A DNA stretch of 32,906 nucleotides from Candidatus Methanoxibalbensis ujae (GCA_026134085.1 JAOQIN010000019.1:1-32906); one strand, 5' to 3'; positions 9,363 to 19,830 are shown, counted from the stretch's first letter. Notes: a model not told the origin generated them from the sequence alone. Program-made: numbers and translations.

Positions 9363-9605
9363 ATGAAGCGAAAAGTATCTATTCTTGAGCATGAATGGGT
9401 GCCGAAGCATGAGGTGATGAGTGAGTCGGAGGTGGAGGAGCTTCTGCGGAAATACGGCATAGGGAAAGACCAACTGCCCCGCATAAAGGTGACTGACCCG
9501 GTCATAAAGGAGATCGGTGCGAAGGAGGGGGATGTTGTGAAGATAACGAGGCGCAGCAAGACTGCCGGAAGGAGTGTGTATTACAGGCTCGTGGTCGCGA
9601 GGTGA
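9363..9605 (+). CDS. rpoH: DNA-directed RNA polymerase subunit H (Rpo5)
   Basis: [15 protein letters not shown]...DP...[17 protein letters not shown]...YYRLVV. True start is ATG 9363; the ORF-track start at 9327 lies inside the tRNA. Confidence 0.96.
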   Translation: MKRKVSILEHEWVPKHEVMSESEVEELLRKYGIGKDQLPRIKVTDPVIKEIGAKEGDVVKITRRSKTAGRSVYYRLVVAR

Positions 9606-9611
9606 ATTCGC

Positions 9612-9656
9612 TTTGTGATGAGGCGAATTTGTGATGGGGCGGAATTTGTGATGAGG
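9612..9656. repeat. Three imperfect ~16-bp tandem repeats (TTTGTGATGRGGCGAA)
   Basis: Seen in the rpoH-rpoB spacer. Confidence 0.75.
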
Positions 9657-9685
9657 ACAGTGGATTTATGAGGTGATGGCGGATA

Positions 9686-12600
9686 ATGAGGAATATCAGG
9701 GCGATATTATCTGAGGCTTATCTGAAGGATAAGAGCATTGCACAACATCATCTTGACTCTTTCAACGAGTTCATAGAGAAGGGATTGCAGCGCGTGATAA
9801 ACGAGCAGCCGCTTTTGGAGACAGCGATAACAGGAGAAGATGAGAAGGGGAATTACAGAATATGCGTGAGATTTGGTGAGATCAGAGTTGGATATCCGAG
9901 GGCGAGGGAGGCGGACGGATCATATGACATGATCCTCCCGATGGAGGCGAGGCTGCGCAACCTCACATATGCTGCGCCCATGCATCTGCGCATGAAGCTC
10001 GTGAAGAAATACGAGGATGAAATTGGAGCAACCCTGACGAGCGAGGAGCGGAAAGAGGAATCCGATGATTTGCTCCCTGACACAGAAGGCAGCACTGAGA
10101 GAGACGAGGAAATCCTCCTCCCATCTGTGGATTCTTCCGACTCCGAGAATTTTGAGGGCTCTGAGAGCCCGGTGGAGGATGAATCAGACTCAGAGGAAGA
10201 ATCAGACCCAGAAGAGGAATCAGACTCAGAGGAGGAATCAGCTGAGGCGGTTTTGGATGAGAGCGGTGAAGGAGGTGTGATTGAGGAGATAGGGGAGGAG
10301 GAGATACAGATAGGAGAGATACCGATAATGGTGAAGTCGTGCAGATGTGCGTTGTATGGCTTATCTGCTGAAGAGCTTGCAATGCTCGGAGAGGATCCAC
10401 TTGATCCGGGCGGCTATTTCATTGTGAACGGCACGGAGCATGTGCTTATAACGCTTGAGGACCTTGCACCCAACCGCATCCTTGTGAATTATGAGGAGAG
10501 ATACGGCGGCAAGATAGTTGTTGCGAAGGTTTTCTCAGTCAAGCACGGATTCAGGGTGCCTGTTCGTGTTGAGATAGGGCGCAGAGGCATCATAGAGGTG
10601 TCCTTCCCGGCTGTTTCGGGAAGAATTGAGTTTGTGATGCTTGCGCGTGCGCTCGGTCTGAGGGATGATGAGGAAATTGTGCATGCTGTTTCAGACGACC
10701 CTGAGATTCAGAAGTATGTGTGGGAGAATGTTGAGAGGAGCGAGGTAAAGACGATGGAGGATGCGCTTGAGAAGCTTGCGAGGAAGGTGGCTCCCGGACA
10801 GGCGCGTGAATACAGGAACAGGCGCCTCAATTATGTGCTCGACAGGTATCTGCTGCCCCACCTTGACGACCGCATTTCAAAAGCGCACTTCCTTGGAAGG
10901 ATGGCTGAGGCATGTTATGAGCTCTATCTCGGTCGCAGACCTGAGGATGATCGCGACCATTATGCGAACAAACGGCTGAAGATTGCTGGAGATCTGATTG
11001 AGGACATTTTCAGGGTATCTTTCAGCAGGCTTGTCAAGGATATGCGATATCAGCTTGAGCGCGCGCACATAAGAGGTCGTGAGCTGAGGATAGCGACTGC
11101 GATAAGGGCTGATGTCCTGACCGAGCGCATAAAGCATGCAATCGCAACAGGAAGCTGGGTTGGAGGTCGTGTTGGAATCTCCCAGCTTTTGGAACGCAGC
11201 AACTACATATCAACGATATCTCATCTTCGCAGGGTTGTATCTCCTCTTTCAAGGTCTCAGCCTCATTTTGAGGCGAGGGATCTGCATCCGACGCAGTGGG
11301 GTCGCCTGTGTCCGACAGAGACGCCTGAAGGTCCAAACTGTGGTCTTGTGAAGAATTTCTCTCAGATGGTTGAGGTCTCTGTGGGTGTTGAAAAGGAGGA
11401 GTTCATCCATGTGCTCAATGAGATCGGTTTCATACCGCCTGATAGAGCACCTCGCAGGAGGAGAGCGCGCATATTTGTGAACGGTGAGCTCATCGGATTC
11501 ACGACCGAGCCTGAGATGTTTGTATCGGAGTTGAGGAAAAGAAGACGGAGAGGAGATATATCACCGCAGGTGAACATAGCATATTACGACGACCGTCGTG
11601 AGATCATCATAAATTCAGATGCTGGAAGAGCAAGAAGACCGCTCATTGTTGTTGAAAATGGCAAGATGCTCATCACTGAAGAGCATATAGAGCGTCTCAA
11701 GCGCGGTGAGATGAATTTTGATGACCTTGTGCGGGAGGGAGTGATTGAGTTTCTTGATGCTGAGGAGGAGGAGAACGCGTTCATCGCAATAAACGAGGAG
11801 GAGTTGAGCGAGGAGCACACTCATCTCGAGATCGATCCTCTGCTCATATTGAGCATTCCCGCGGGGCTCATACCGTATCCCGAATACAACTCATCCCCGA
11901 GAAACACCATGGGCTGTGCGATGGAGAAGCAGTCTCTCGGCATTCCGGTTGCGAATTACCGAAACCGCACCGACTCAAGACTTCATCTTCTGCATTATCC
12001 GCAGAAGCCCATTGTGAAGACGAGAACTGCTGATCTCATAGGATATGAGAGAAGACCGGCAGGTCAGAACTATGTTGTCGCCGTGCTGTGCTATGAGGGC
12101 TACAACATGGAGGATGCAGTGATATTGAACCGCGCATCACTTGACCGCGGAATGGCAAGAAGCCACTTCTTCCGCACATATGAGGGGGAAGAAAGCAGAT
12201 ATCCGGGAGGAGAGGAGGACAGGTTTGAGATACCCAGGGATGTCACCGGTATGAGACCGGAGGAGGCGTATAAACATCTTGACGAGGACGGAATCATAGA
12301 CCCCGAGACAGAGGTGTCCTCAAATGATGTTCTCATCGGAAAAACTTCTCCTCCGAGATTCCTTGAGGAGACAGCAGAGCTTCTAAGTCCCCTTGAGCGC
12401 AGAGATACCTCAATATGCGTGAGACCGGGAGAGGGGGGAAAAGTCGATGAGGTCATACTCATGGAGTCATCAAATGGCAGAAGACTTGTGAAAGTTCGTG
12501 TGAGAGAGGAGAAGATACCTGAAATAGGAGATAAATTCGCATCAAGACACGGTCAGAAGGGAGTGACAGGAATCATACTTCCGCCTGAGGACATGCCTTT

Positions 12601-13264
12601 CACTGAAAGCGGCATGGTTCCTGACATGATCATAAATCCGCATGCGATTCCATCAAGAATGACAGTGGGGCATGTGCTTGAGATGATAGGAGGGAAGGTT
12701 GGAGCGATGGAGGGGCGCCTCATAGACGGAACTGCTTTCTCAGGCGAGAAGGAGAGGGAGCTCAGGGAAGCACTCAAGCGCGCTGGATTTTCGCACACGG
12801 GAAAGGAGGTCATGTGGAACGGAATAACAGGTGAGCGCATAGTTGCTGACATATTCACGGGTGTGGTGTTCTATCAGAAGCTCTATCATCTCGTGTCCGC
12901 TAAGATGCAGGCTCGTGCACGCGGTCCTGTGCAGATACTCACAAGACAGCCGACGGAGGGGAAGGCTCGTGAGGGGGGTTTGCGGTTCGGTGAGATGGAG
13001 CGAGATGTCCTCATAGGATACGGAGCCGCAATATCTCTTAAAGACAGATTGCTTGATGAATCCGACAAGGTTGTTGAACTTGTATGCGCGAAATGCGGAA
13101 TGATAGCATCGTATGACAGCAGGACGGGCTCGCCATACTGCCCGATATGCGAATCTGATGTTGATATATATCCTGTTGAGATGAGCTATGCGTTCAAACT
13201 GCTTCTTGATGAGCTCAAAGCAATGTGTATTGCACCGAGACTTGAACTTGAAGATGCGGTGTGA
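9686..13264 (+). CDS. rpoB: DNA-directed RNA polymerase subunit B (Rpo2), unsplit, with acidic insertion
   Basis: [51 protein letters not shown]-terminal CxxC..CxxC zinc site; GAGGTGA RBS upstream. Confidence 0.98.
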   Translation: MRNIRAILSEAYLKDKSIAQHHLDSFNEFIEKGLQRVINEQPLLETAITGEDEKGNYRICVRFGEIRVGYPRAREADGSYDMILPMEARLRNLTYAAPMHLRMKLVKKYEDEIGATLTSEERKEESDDLLPDTEGSTERDEEILLPSVDSSDSENFEGSESPVEDESDSEEESDPEEESDSEEESAEAVLDESGEGGVIEEIGEEEIQIGEIPIMVKSCRCALYGLSAEELAMLGEDPLDPGGYFIVNGTEHVLITLEDLAPNRILVNYEERYGGKIVVAKVFSVKHGFRVPVRVEIGRRGIIEVSFPAVSGRIEFVMLARALGLRDDEEIVHAVSDDPEIQKYVWENVERSEVKTMEDALEKLARKVAPGQAREYRNRRLNYVLDRYLLPHLDDRISKAHFLGRMAEACYELYLGRRPEDDRDHYANKRLKIAGDLIEDIFRVSFSRLVKDMRYQLERAHIRGRELRIATAIRADVLTERIKHAIATGSWVGGRVGISQLLERSNYISTISHLRRVVSPLSRSQPHFEARDLHPTQWGRLCPTETPEGPNCGLVKNFSQMVEVSVGVEKEEFIHVLNEIGFIPPDRAPRRRRARIFVNGELIGFTTEPEMFVSELRKRRRRGDISPQVNIAYYDDRREIIINSDAGRARRPLIVVENGKMLITEEHIERLKRGEMNFDDLVREGVIEFLDAEEEENAFIAINEEELSEEHTHLEIDPLLILSIPAGLIPYPEYNSSPRNTMGCAMEKQSLGIPVANYRNRTDSRLHLLHYPQKPIVKTRTADLIGYERRPAGQNYVVAVLCYEGYNMEDAVILNRASLDRGMARSHFFRTYEGEESRYPGGEEDRFEIPRDVTGMRPEEAYKHLDEDGIIDPETEVSSNDVLIGKTSPPRFLEETAELLSPLERRDTSICVRPGEGGKVDEVILMESSNGRRLVKVRVREEKIPEIGDKFASRHGQKGVTGIILPPEDMPFTESGMVPDMIINPHAIPSRMTVGHVLEMIGGKVGAMEGRLIDGTAFSGEKERELREALKRAGFSHTGKEVMWNGITGERIVADIFTGVVFYQKLYHLVSAKMQARARGPVQILTRQPTEGKAREGGLRFGEMERDVLIGYGAAISLKDRLLDESDKVVELVCAKCGMIASYDSRTGSPYCPICESDVDIYPVEMSYAFKLLLDELKAMCIAPRLELEDAV
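10175..10240 (+). repeat. 18-bp in-frame tandem repeat (~3.7 copies) encoding E(D/E)ESD(S/P) within rpoB
   Basis: gaggatgaatcagactca gaggaagaatcagaccca gaagaggaatcagactca gaggaggaatca. Confidence 0.88.
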
Positions 13265-13311
13265 CGGCAGTGGGTGAGTGACGGGTCGGTGAGTGACGAA
13301 TGAGTATTGGA

Positions 13312-13400
13312 GAGTGCCGAAGTGATGAGTGCCAAAGTGATGAGTGCCAAAGAGATGAGTGCCAAAGAGATGAGTGCCGAAATGATGAGTGCCCAAGTGA
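13312..13400. repeat. 15-bp tandem repeat x6 (GAGTGCCVA AGWGAT) in the rpoB-rpoA1 spacer
   Basis: Six consecutive units read directly, with no unique spacers between them. Confidence 0.9.
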
Positions 13401-13429
13401 GAAGTGAGCGAGGGGGTGTGTGTTGAGGT

Positions 13430-16195
13430 ATGACGCTGAAGCGAATAAAAAGCGTGAGATTCGGAATTCTTGGTCCGACAGAGATAAGGAAGATGAGTGT
13501 TTCTGAGATAATCACGCCCGACACATATGATGAGGATGGTTTTCCGATAGATCTCGGACTGATGAGTCAGAAGCTTGGGGTGATAGATCCCGGGTTGAGA
13601 TGCAAGACATGCGGCGGACGCATGGTGGAGTGTCCGGGTCATTTCGGGCATATAGAGCTTGCATATCCTGTCATACACATAGGATTTGTCAAGAAGATAC
13701 ACAAGGTGCTGAGCGCAACCTGCCGCTCATGCGGGCGTGTCATGCTTGATGAATCTGAGAGGATGCGTTTCATTGAGGAGTTTGATAAGATAAAGAGGAC
13801 GGGCGGCGATATAGAGGATTTTGAGAATGTTGTGAAAGATGTTTTCAGAGCGGCTGCGAAAAGTGAATGCCCCTTCTGCGGCGAGCGTCAGCTGCGCATA
13901 AGGTTTGAGAAGCCCGCATCGTATTATGAGGTTGACGAGGAAGGCGGAGAGCGCCGTCTTATGCCAACAGATGTGAGAGCTCGCCTTGAGAGGATTCCTG
14001 ATGAGGATGTTCGGCTCCTCGGCATGGATCCTGAAAATGCGCGTCCTGAATGGATGGTTCTGACTGTGCTTCCAGTGCCTCCTGTGACCGCAAGACCCTC
14101 AATAACACTTGAGACGGGGCAGCGAAGCGAGGACGACCTGACGCATAAGCTCGTTGACATCCTTCGGATAAACCAGCGTCTCATTCAGAACAAGGATGCG
14201 GGAGCGCCGCAACTCATCATTGAGGACCTCTGGGAACTGCTGCAATATCATGTTGCGACATTCCTCGACAATGAAATTCCAGGTGTGCCTCCAGCGAGGC
14301 ATCGCAGCGGAAGACCTCTTAAGGGAATTGCACAGCGCCTCAAAGGGAAAGAAGGCCGCTTCAGAGGCTCCCTTTCGGGAAAGCGCGTTAACTTCTCAGC
14401 GAGAACTGTGATATCGCCGGATCCGAACATAAGCATTGACGAGGTCGGCGTTCCTGAGACGATAGCGAAGGAGCTCACAGTCACGGTATATGTGACGCCG
14501 CGCAACATTGAGGACATGCGTGAGACGGTGAGAAGAGGACCGAGACATCCCGGTGCAAACTATGTGCGCCGTCCTGATGGGAGGAAACTCAAGGTCACTG
14601 AGAAGAACTGCGAATCTCTTGCAGCTGAACTTGATGTCGGCTGGAGGGTTGAGAGGCATCTGAGAGATGGTGACATCGTCCTTTTCAATCGCCAGCCATC
14701 ACTTCATCGCCTGAGCATAATGGCACATTATGTGCGTGTGATGCCCGGAAGGACATTCAGGCTCAATCCAGCAGTATGCCCCCCATATAACGCCGATTTT
14801 GACGGTGATGAGATGAATCTGCATGTCCTACAGACTGAGGAGGCGAGAGGAGAAGCGAAAATATTGATGGAAGTTCAGGCGAACATAATATCTCCTCGCT
14901 TCGGCAGACCGATCATAGGCGGCTTGCATGACCACATCACAGGCATGTTCATACTCACCAGAGGTTTCAAGCGGTTCAGCAGGGATGAGGTGCTGAGGAT
15001 TCTGCGGGGTATAGAGATATCAGAGATCCCCCCTCCCGCCGGCTATGATGAAAGTGGAAAGCCATTCTGGACCGGTAAGCAGATATTCAGCGTTATATTG
15101 CCTCCAGACCTGAATGCAAATTTCAGGGCGAAGTTCTGTGATAAGTGCTATGAGCGTGGTGAGGCATGCAAAGAGGACAAATGCGACAGAGATTCCTATG
15201 TCATCATAAGAAATGGAGAGCTGCTGAGAGGTGTGATAGATGACAAGGCGCTTGGCTCTTTCAAGGGGGCTCTGATAGAGCGCATATACAAGAAGTACGG
15301 TCCCTCAGCTGCTAAGGAGTTCATAAACAAGTTCACGAAACTCGCCATAAATATCATAACGCAATACGGCTTCAGCTACGGCATAAACGACAGCGACCTG
15401 CCCAAGGAGGCGAAGGACTACATCACCGAGGAAGTGCTCAGAGAGGCAATTGAGCGCGTGAAGTCTCTGCAGGAAGCCTATGAGATGGGAGAGCTCGAGC
15501 CGCTGCCGGGCAGGACGGAGGAGGAGACACTTGAGCTGCTCGTGATGCAGGAGCTCGGAAGTGCGAGAGATGGCGCCGGGGAGGTTGCATCAAGATATCT
15601 TGACATTGAGAATCCAGCAGTGCTTATGGCGAAATCCGGTGCACGCGGTTCCATGCTGAACCTCACACAGATGAGCGCATGCGTCGGACAGCAGTCTATC
15701 AGAGGCGAGCGTATAAAAAGGGGATACCAAAACAGGACGCTGCCTCACTTCAGACAGGGGGACCTCAGCGCTGAAGCACACGGATTCGTCAAATCGTCTT
15801 TCAAAGACGGGCTCACGCCTATTGAATACTTCTTCCACGCTGCAGGAGGAAGAGAAGCGCTCGTCGACACGGCAGTCAGAACCTCACAGAGCGGTTACTT
15901 CCAGCGAAGACTCATAAACGCACTTCAAGACCTCTCAGTCAGATATGACGGCACTGTGAGAGAGGCAAGAGGCATCATCGTGCAGTTCAATTACGGAGAC
16001 GACGGAGTTGATCCCTCCAAAAGCTACTACGAGCGATACATAGACGAGATAGTTGAGGAGGTACTCGCAAATCATGAATCATCAGACGAAAGTCAGGTGA
16101 TGCGCGAATCGGAAGCGGAAGCGAAAGCGAAAGCGGAAGCGGAGGCAGGGGTGGAGGTGGAAGCCGCAGATGCTCAGGAGATGATGAGATGGTGA
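13430..16195 (+). CDS. rpoA1: DNA-directed RNA polymerase subunit A' (Rpo1N)
   Basis: CKTCG..CPGHFGHIEL, GKRVNFSARTVI, catalytic NADFDGDEMN, TSQSGYFQRRL; extra acidic/Ala-rich C-terminal tail. Confidence 0.98.
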   Translation: MTLKRIKSVRFGILGPTEIRKMSVSEIITPDTYDEDGFPIDLGLMSQKLGVIDPGLRCKTCGGRMVECPGHFGHIELAYPVIHIGFVKKIHKVLSATCRSCGRVMLDESERMRFIEEFDKIKRTGGDIEDFENVVKDVFRAAAKSECPFCGERQLRIRFEKPASYYEVDEEGGERRLMPTDVRARLERIPDEDVRLLGMDPENARPEWMVLTVLPVPPVTARPSITLETGQRSEDDLTHKLVDILRINQRLIQNKDAGAPQLIIEDLWELLQYHVATFLDNEIPGVPPARHRSGRPLKGIAQRLKGKEGRFRGSLSGKRVNFSARTVISPDPNISIDEVGVPETIAKELTVTVYVTPRNIEDMRETVRRGPRHPGANYVRRPDGRKLKVTEKNCESLAAELDVGWRVERHLRDGDIVLFNRQPSLHRLSIMAHYVRVMPGRTFRLNPAVCPPYNADFDGDEMNLHVLQTEEARGEAKILMEVQANIISPRFGRPIIGGLHDHITGMFILTRGFKRFSRDEVLRILRGIEISEIPPPAGYDESGKPFWTGKQIFSVILPPDLNANFRAKFCDKCYERGEACKEDKCDRDSYVIIRNGELLRGVIDDKALGSFKGALIERIYKKYGPSAAKEFINKFTKLAINIITQYGFSYGINDSDLPKEAKDYITEEVLREAIERVKSLQEAYEMGELEPLPGRTEEETLELLVMQELGSARDGAGEVASRYLDIENPAVLMAKSGARGSMLNLTQMSACVGQQSIRGERIKRGYQNRTLPHFRQGDLSAEAHGFVKSSFKDGLTPIEYFFHAAGGREALVDTAVRTSQSGYFQRRLINALQDLSVRYDGTVREARGIIVQFNYGDDGVDPSKSYYERYIDEIVEEVLANHESSDESQVMRESEAEAKAKAEAEAGVEVEAADAQEMMRW

Positions 16196-16402
16196 GGGAT
16201 CCTCCGCCGAGCATGTATGCGGTGAGAGTGCGTGAATGTGTGAGTGTGAGTGTGAATGAGTACGATGAGAATGAAAGTGCGAGTTGCGTCTGTGAGTTGA
16301 GGAATGTGTAAATGGTGATGTGTGTAGCAAATAGCAAATAAGAAGGCGAGATAGCGTGTGAGGGAAAGAGACGCAGCAGTGGTGGAGAGGTGGAATATTG
16401 AT

Positions 16403-18757
16403 ATGGAGGAGATGAATGTATCGGATCATCGTGATTCACAGGCATCAGAAGAGTTGAAAGACCTCGCAGATTTTGCGGTTACGGATGTGGATTTTGAGGT
16501 GGAGGATCTGCTTGAGTTTGTTGGAGAGGAGGAAGCGCTTGACATAATTCGGATGCGATACATTCATGAAGACGGCGAGGTGAAGACGAGCGACATAGAG
16601 GAGAGACTGCTTCGCAGCAATCTTCCCGAGCGGTTGAGAAGGATTTTGAAGCGCAAGCTAAGGGCCGTGAGGGAGAAGCTCACGAGAGATGCGCTTGAGA
16701 GGATCGTAAGGCGTGCTGAGGCCGAGTATGAGGAGGCGAAAGTGGAGCCAAACGAAGCAGTCGGCATCGTTGCCGCGCAGTCAATCGGCGAGCCTGGAAC
16801 GCAGATGTCGCTGCCGGGGGATGAGCGGATACTCATCGTTGAGAGAGGTGTGATGCGATCGGAGAGAATAGGCGATTTCGTGGACGCTTGTATATCAAAA
16901 TACGGTGCAGTTGTAGAGGGAGAAGCTGAGATATGCCATGTGAATGAGAATTTCTTCGTTCTCAGCCTTGACAATGATGGAAAATTAAAATGGAAAAATG
17001 TGAAATATGTTATAAGACATGAATTTGACGGAGAACTGCTGAGATTGAGGACGAAATCCGGGCGTGAGATAACTGCCACGCCTTATCACTCATTCGTCAC
17101 GAAAAAAGGAGGACGCATTTTCCCGATAGCAGGGAGCATGCTGAAGCCCGGAGAAAGAATCCCCGTGGTCAGGAGATTGCCACCCCTGGCTGTCGATTGT
17201 GATTGCGCAATCAGTCCATCTCCAGAGACCTCTCCAGAGGCAAGCAAGCGCTGCGTTGAGCGGGAGCGGAAAGTTGAGCACGCCAGCACCGCATATATGC
17301 TCGGCAGGATGTTTGCGGAGAATGAATATGCATTTTCATTTTTGAACGATGATCTGTTGAATGGAAGTGATGATTTCATAAAGGAATTTCTTCGCGGGTT
17401 CTTCGCGGCAGTTCCGCTGACGGGGCATCCTGCATCTGACGAAGCTGACGGTGAGGGCTGCGGAGATGCAGTTGTGAATGTGAGATTTCATGACAGGCGT
17501 GTAAGAGATGATTTCGCGCTGCTCCTTGCGAGGTTTGGCATATTCACGCTTAAAAGTGAAAGCGCTGGGGATCACCTGCTTTTGATCCCGCTGTCATCTT
17601 TTGCGGCGGTTTTCTCCGGCGACTGTGGGTGTGACAGTGATGAGGAGGATGTTGTATGGGATGAGATAGAGAGCATAGATTTCCGCCGCACCTCTGATCG
17701 TGTGTATGACATATCCGTGGATGGTCTTGAGACATTCACGACACATGACGGCATTATAACACACAACACAATGCGGACATTCCACTATGCGGGTGTTGGT
17801 GCGCTTTATGTCACGATGGGGTTGCCGCGCATAATGGAAATCATGGACGCACGCAAGAAGCCATCAACGCCAACGATGAGCATAAAGCTGAGGGGTGAAT
17901 ATGCGCGCTCAAGAGAGAAGGCTGAGGAGATAGCTGCGGAGATAGAGGAGACCCGCATAAAGGATGTCGCGAGGATCGAGATATCTCTTGACGAGAAATG
18001 CGTGTTTGTTGTGTTCAAAAGTGAAAAGCTGGCTGAGTTACGCATTCAGAGGGAGGACATAGAGGCGAAGATACAGAAGATGGATGTGAACATGGAAAAA
18101 ATAGGAGAGGATATTCTGAGGATATATCCAAAAGAGGAATCGTATTACGAGCTTCTGAGATTGGAAGGAAGGATATCGGAGATGCTCATAAAGGGAATAG
18201 AGGGGATAAAGCGTGTGCTCGTGCGGAAAGATAAGGACGGTGAATACACACTTTTCACGGAGGGATCTGCATTGAAGAAGGTGATGCGTATTGAAGGCGT
18301 TGATCCCACAAGAACCACCACGAGCAACATAATTGAGATCGCAGATGTTTTGGGCATAGAAGCTGCTCGCAATGCAATCATAGAGGAAATCATAAGCACG
18401 CTTGAAGATCAGAATCTTGATGTTGACCCGAGACACATCTCGCTCATAGCAGATGCGATGACGATGGACGGAGAGGTGAAGCAGATAGGCAGGCACGGTC
18501 TGGCTGGCGAAAAGGCTTCAGTCCTCTCAAGGGCTGCGTTTGAAGTCACAGTTGAGCATCTGCTCGAAGCCGCACTCAGAGGTGAGCGGGACGAACTCCT
18601 CGGAATAACCGAAAATGTCATCGTCGGACAGCCCATAAGACTTGGAACTGGCGCAGTAGAACTCGTTTCAAAAATTCCGATGAGCCGTGAAAACACCGAT
18701 AGACCGCCCGAGATCGCTGATACGAAAGAGGGGAAAGATAAAAAAACCGGCAACTGA
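16403..18757 (+). CDS. rpoA2: DNA-directed RNA polymerase subunit A'' (Rpo1C) precursor containing an intein
   Basis: AQSIGEPGTQM | intein | TMRTFHYAG..GLPRI.EI; IGRHG, SVLSRAAFE, ENVIVGQ...GTG. Start set at ATG 16403 after GAGGTG; the ORF extends to GTG 16358. Confidence 0.95.
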   Translation: MEEMNVSDHRDSQASEELKDLADFAVTDVDFEVEDLLEFVGEEEALDIIRMRYIHEDGEVKTSDIEERLLRSNLPERLRRILKRKLRAVREKLTRDALERIVRRAEAEYEEAKVEPNEAVGIVAAQSIGEPGTQMSLPGDERILIVERGVMRSERIGDFVDACISKYGAVVEGEAEICHVNENFFVLSLDNDGKLKWKNVKYVIRHEFDGELLRLRTKSGREITATPYHSFVTKKGGRIFPIAGSMLKPGERIPVVRRLPPLAVDCDCAISPSPETSPEASKRCVERERKVEHASTAYMLGRMFAENEYAFSFLNDDLLNGSDDFIKEFLRGFFAAVPLTGHPASDEADGEGCGDAVVNVRFHDRRVRDDFALLLARFGIFTLKSESAGDHLLLIPLSSFAAVFSGDCGCDSDEEDVVWDEIESIDFRRTSDRVYDISVDGLETFTTHDGIITHNTMRTFHYAGVGALYVTMGLPRIMEIMDARKKPSTPTMSIKLRGEYARSREKAEEIAAEIEETRIKDVARIEISLDEKCVFVVFKSEKLAELRIQREDIEAKIQKMDVNMEKIGEDILRIYPKEESYYELLRLEGRISEMLIKGIEGIKRVLVRKDKDGEYTLFTEGSALKKVMRIEGVDPTRTTTSNIIEIADVLGIEAARNAIIEEIISTLEDQNLDVDPRHISLIADAMTMDGEVKQIGRHGLAGEKASVLSRAAFEVTVEHLLEAALRGERDELLGITENVIVGQPIRLGTGAVELVSKIPMSRENTDRPPEIADTKEGKDKKTGN
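16808..17767 (+). mobile_element. Intein (320 aa) in RpoA'' with degenerate LAGLIDADG remnants
   Basis: Begins SLPGDERILI, block B ITATPYHSF, block F VYDISV, ends ITHN followed by Thr+1. Removal restores GTQM-TMRTFH. Remnant endonuclease blocks YMLGRMFAE, EFLRGFFAA, LLLARFGI. Confidence 0.95.
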
Positions 18758-18960
18758 TGAGACAGGATTATGAAAAAAGAGAAGAGAGAGGGAAAAGGAG
18801 ACAATGCAGTTCCAGTTGGATCATTTTTGATTTTAACCTGATCTTATTTGACCTCATCAATCATAGATGAATTGGAAATGCGTATCATGGATAATGGGGG
18901 ATATGTGAGGAGAAGAAAATAAAATGAGTGTGCTGGAAGGAGAGGGGGGAGTGAAGTGAG

Positions 18961-19305
18961 ATGCAGGCGGGAAGATTTGATATAGATGCGTTGAACAGGG
19001 AATTGAAGGATGCTGTGAAGAGGGGTGTGGTGAAGATAGGTGCGAGGACGACGATCAAGGCATTGAAAAGTGGCGCTGCTGCTGCGGTGATAATTGCCAA
19101 TAACTGCCCCAAATCCCTTCGTGAGAAGATACGCGAGAGTTCTCCGAATGATGTGCTGTTTTACGAATATCCAGCAGGACATCGTGAGCTCGGATTTGCA
19201 TGTGGCAAGCCCTTCGCAATAGCTTCGCTCTGCATCCTGAACAGGGACGAGGTATCAGGGATAATGCGCATCCTGAGCGGAGAGGACGAGGAACAGCATC
19301 GCTGA
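18961..19305 (+). CDS. rpl30e: 50S ribosomal protein L30e
   Basis: G.VKIGARTTIK, IIANNCP, ELGFACGKPF; canonical position after rpoA2. Confidence 0.93.
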   Translation: MQAGRFDIDALNRELKDAVKRGVVKIGARTTIKALKSGAAAAVIIANNCPKSLREKIRESSPNDVLFYEYPAGHRELGFACGKPFAIASLCILNRDEVSGIMRILSGEDEEQHR

Positions 19306-19322
19306 CAGAGGAGGTGTGAGCG

Positions 19323-19751
19323 ATGACACTCAAATTGAACACGGAAAACATCAGATACATAAACATATTTGAGGACATCACAGGCACAAGAGTGAAAGAT
19401 TGTATTGTCGACAACGAGATGAATAAAATAATTATTGTCGTTGAGCAGGGAAAAATTGGCCGTGCAATAGGCAAAGGTGGCTCAAATATAAAGAAAATAA
19501 AGCGTTTGTTGAACAAAAATATTGAAATTATTGAATATTCATCAGATATAATGGAGTTTATCACAAATATAATGGGAAATATTTGTGTTAAAAATGTCAG
19601 AATTCTTGAGAAAAACGGGAAGAAATGCGTGTATATTGAAGTTCCGCAGAAGGAAAAGGGGATCGCGATAGGGAAGAGGGGGCAGCGTATCAAGAAGGTG
19701 AAAATGTTGCTGAGGAGGAATCAAAATATTGATGATGTTGTTATATCGTAG
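19323..19751 (+). CDS. nusA: Archaeal NusA (KH-domain transcription factor)
   Basis: FEDITG..VKDC, two KH motifs AIGKGG and AIGKRG; canonical position between rpl30e and rps12. Confidence 0.93.
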   Translation: MTLKLNTENIRYINIFEDITGTRVKDCIVDNEMNKIIIVVEQGKIGRAIGKGGSNIKKIKRLLNKNIEIIEYSSDIMEFITNIMGNICVKNVRILEKNGKKCVYIEVPQKEKGIAIGKRGQRIKKVKMLLRRNQNIDDVVIS

Positions 19752-19830
19752 CTGCCATTGTAGCTGCATATTTTATTTGTGTTGAGGGATAGATTTTCAT
19801 GAGGATGGCGAAGTGGAGTAGGTGATGGCC

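Noticed and set aside
10013..10290. Third intein in RpoB
   Set aside because: No Cys/Ser block A, no TxxH and no terminal HN; it is a low-complexity acidic tract.
13312..13400. Possible CRISPR array
   Set aside because: Units are 15 bp and head-to-tail with no unique spacers; no cas genes in the window.
12740..13702. 320-aa minus-strand ORF with HHFGT/HLFGT repeats, and other long antisense ORFs (e.g. 2638..3381, 28116..28871, 19055..19693)
   Set aside because: Shadows of well-supported genes; the peptide repeats simply translate the 15-bp DNA repeat.
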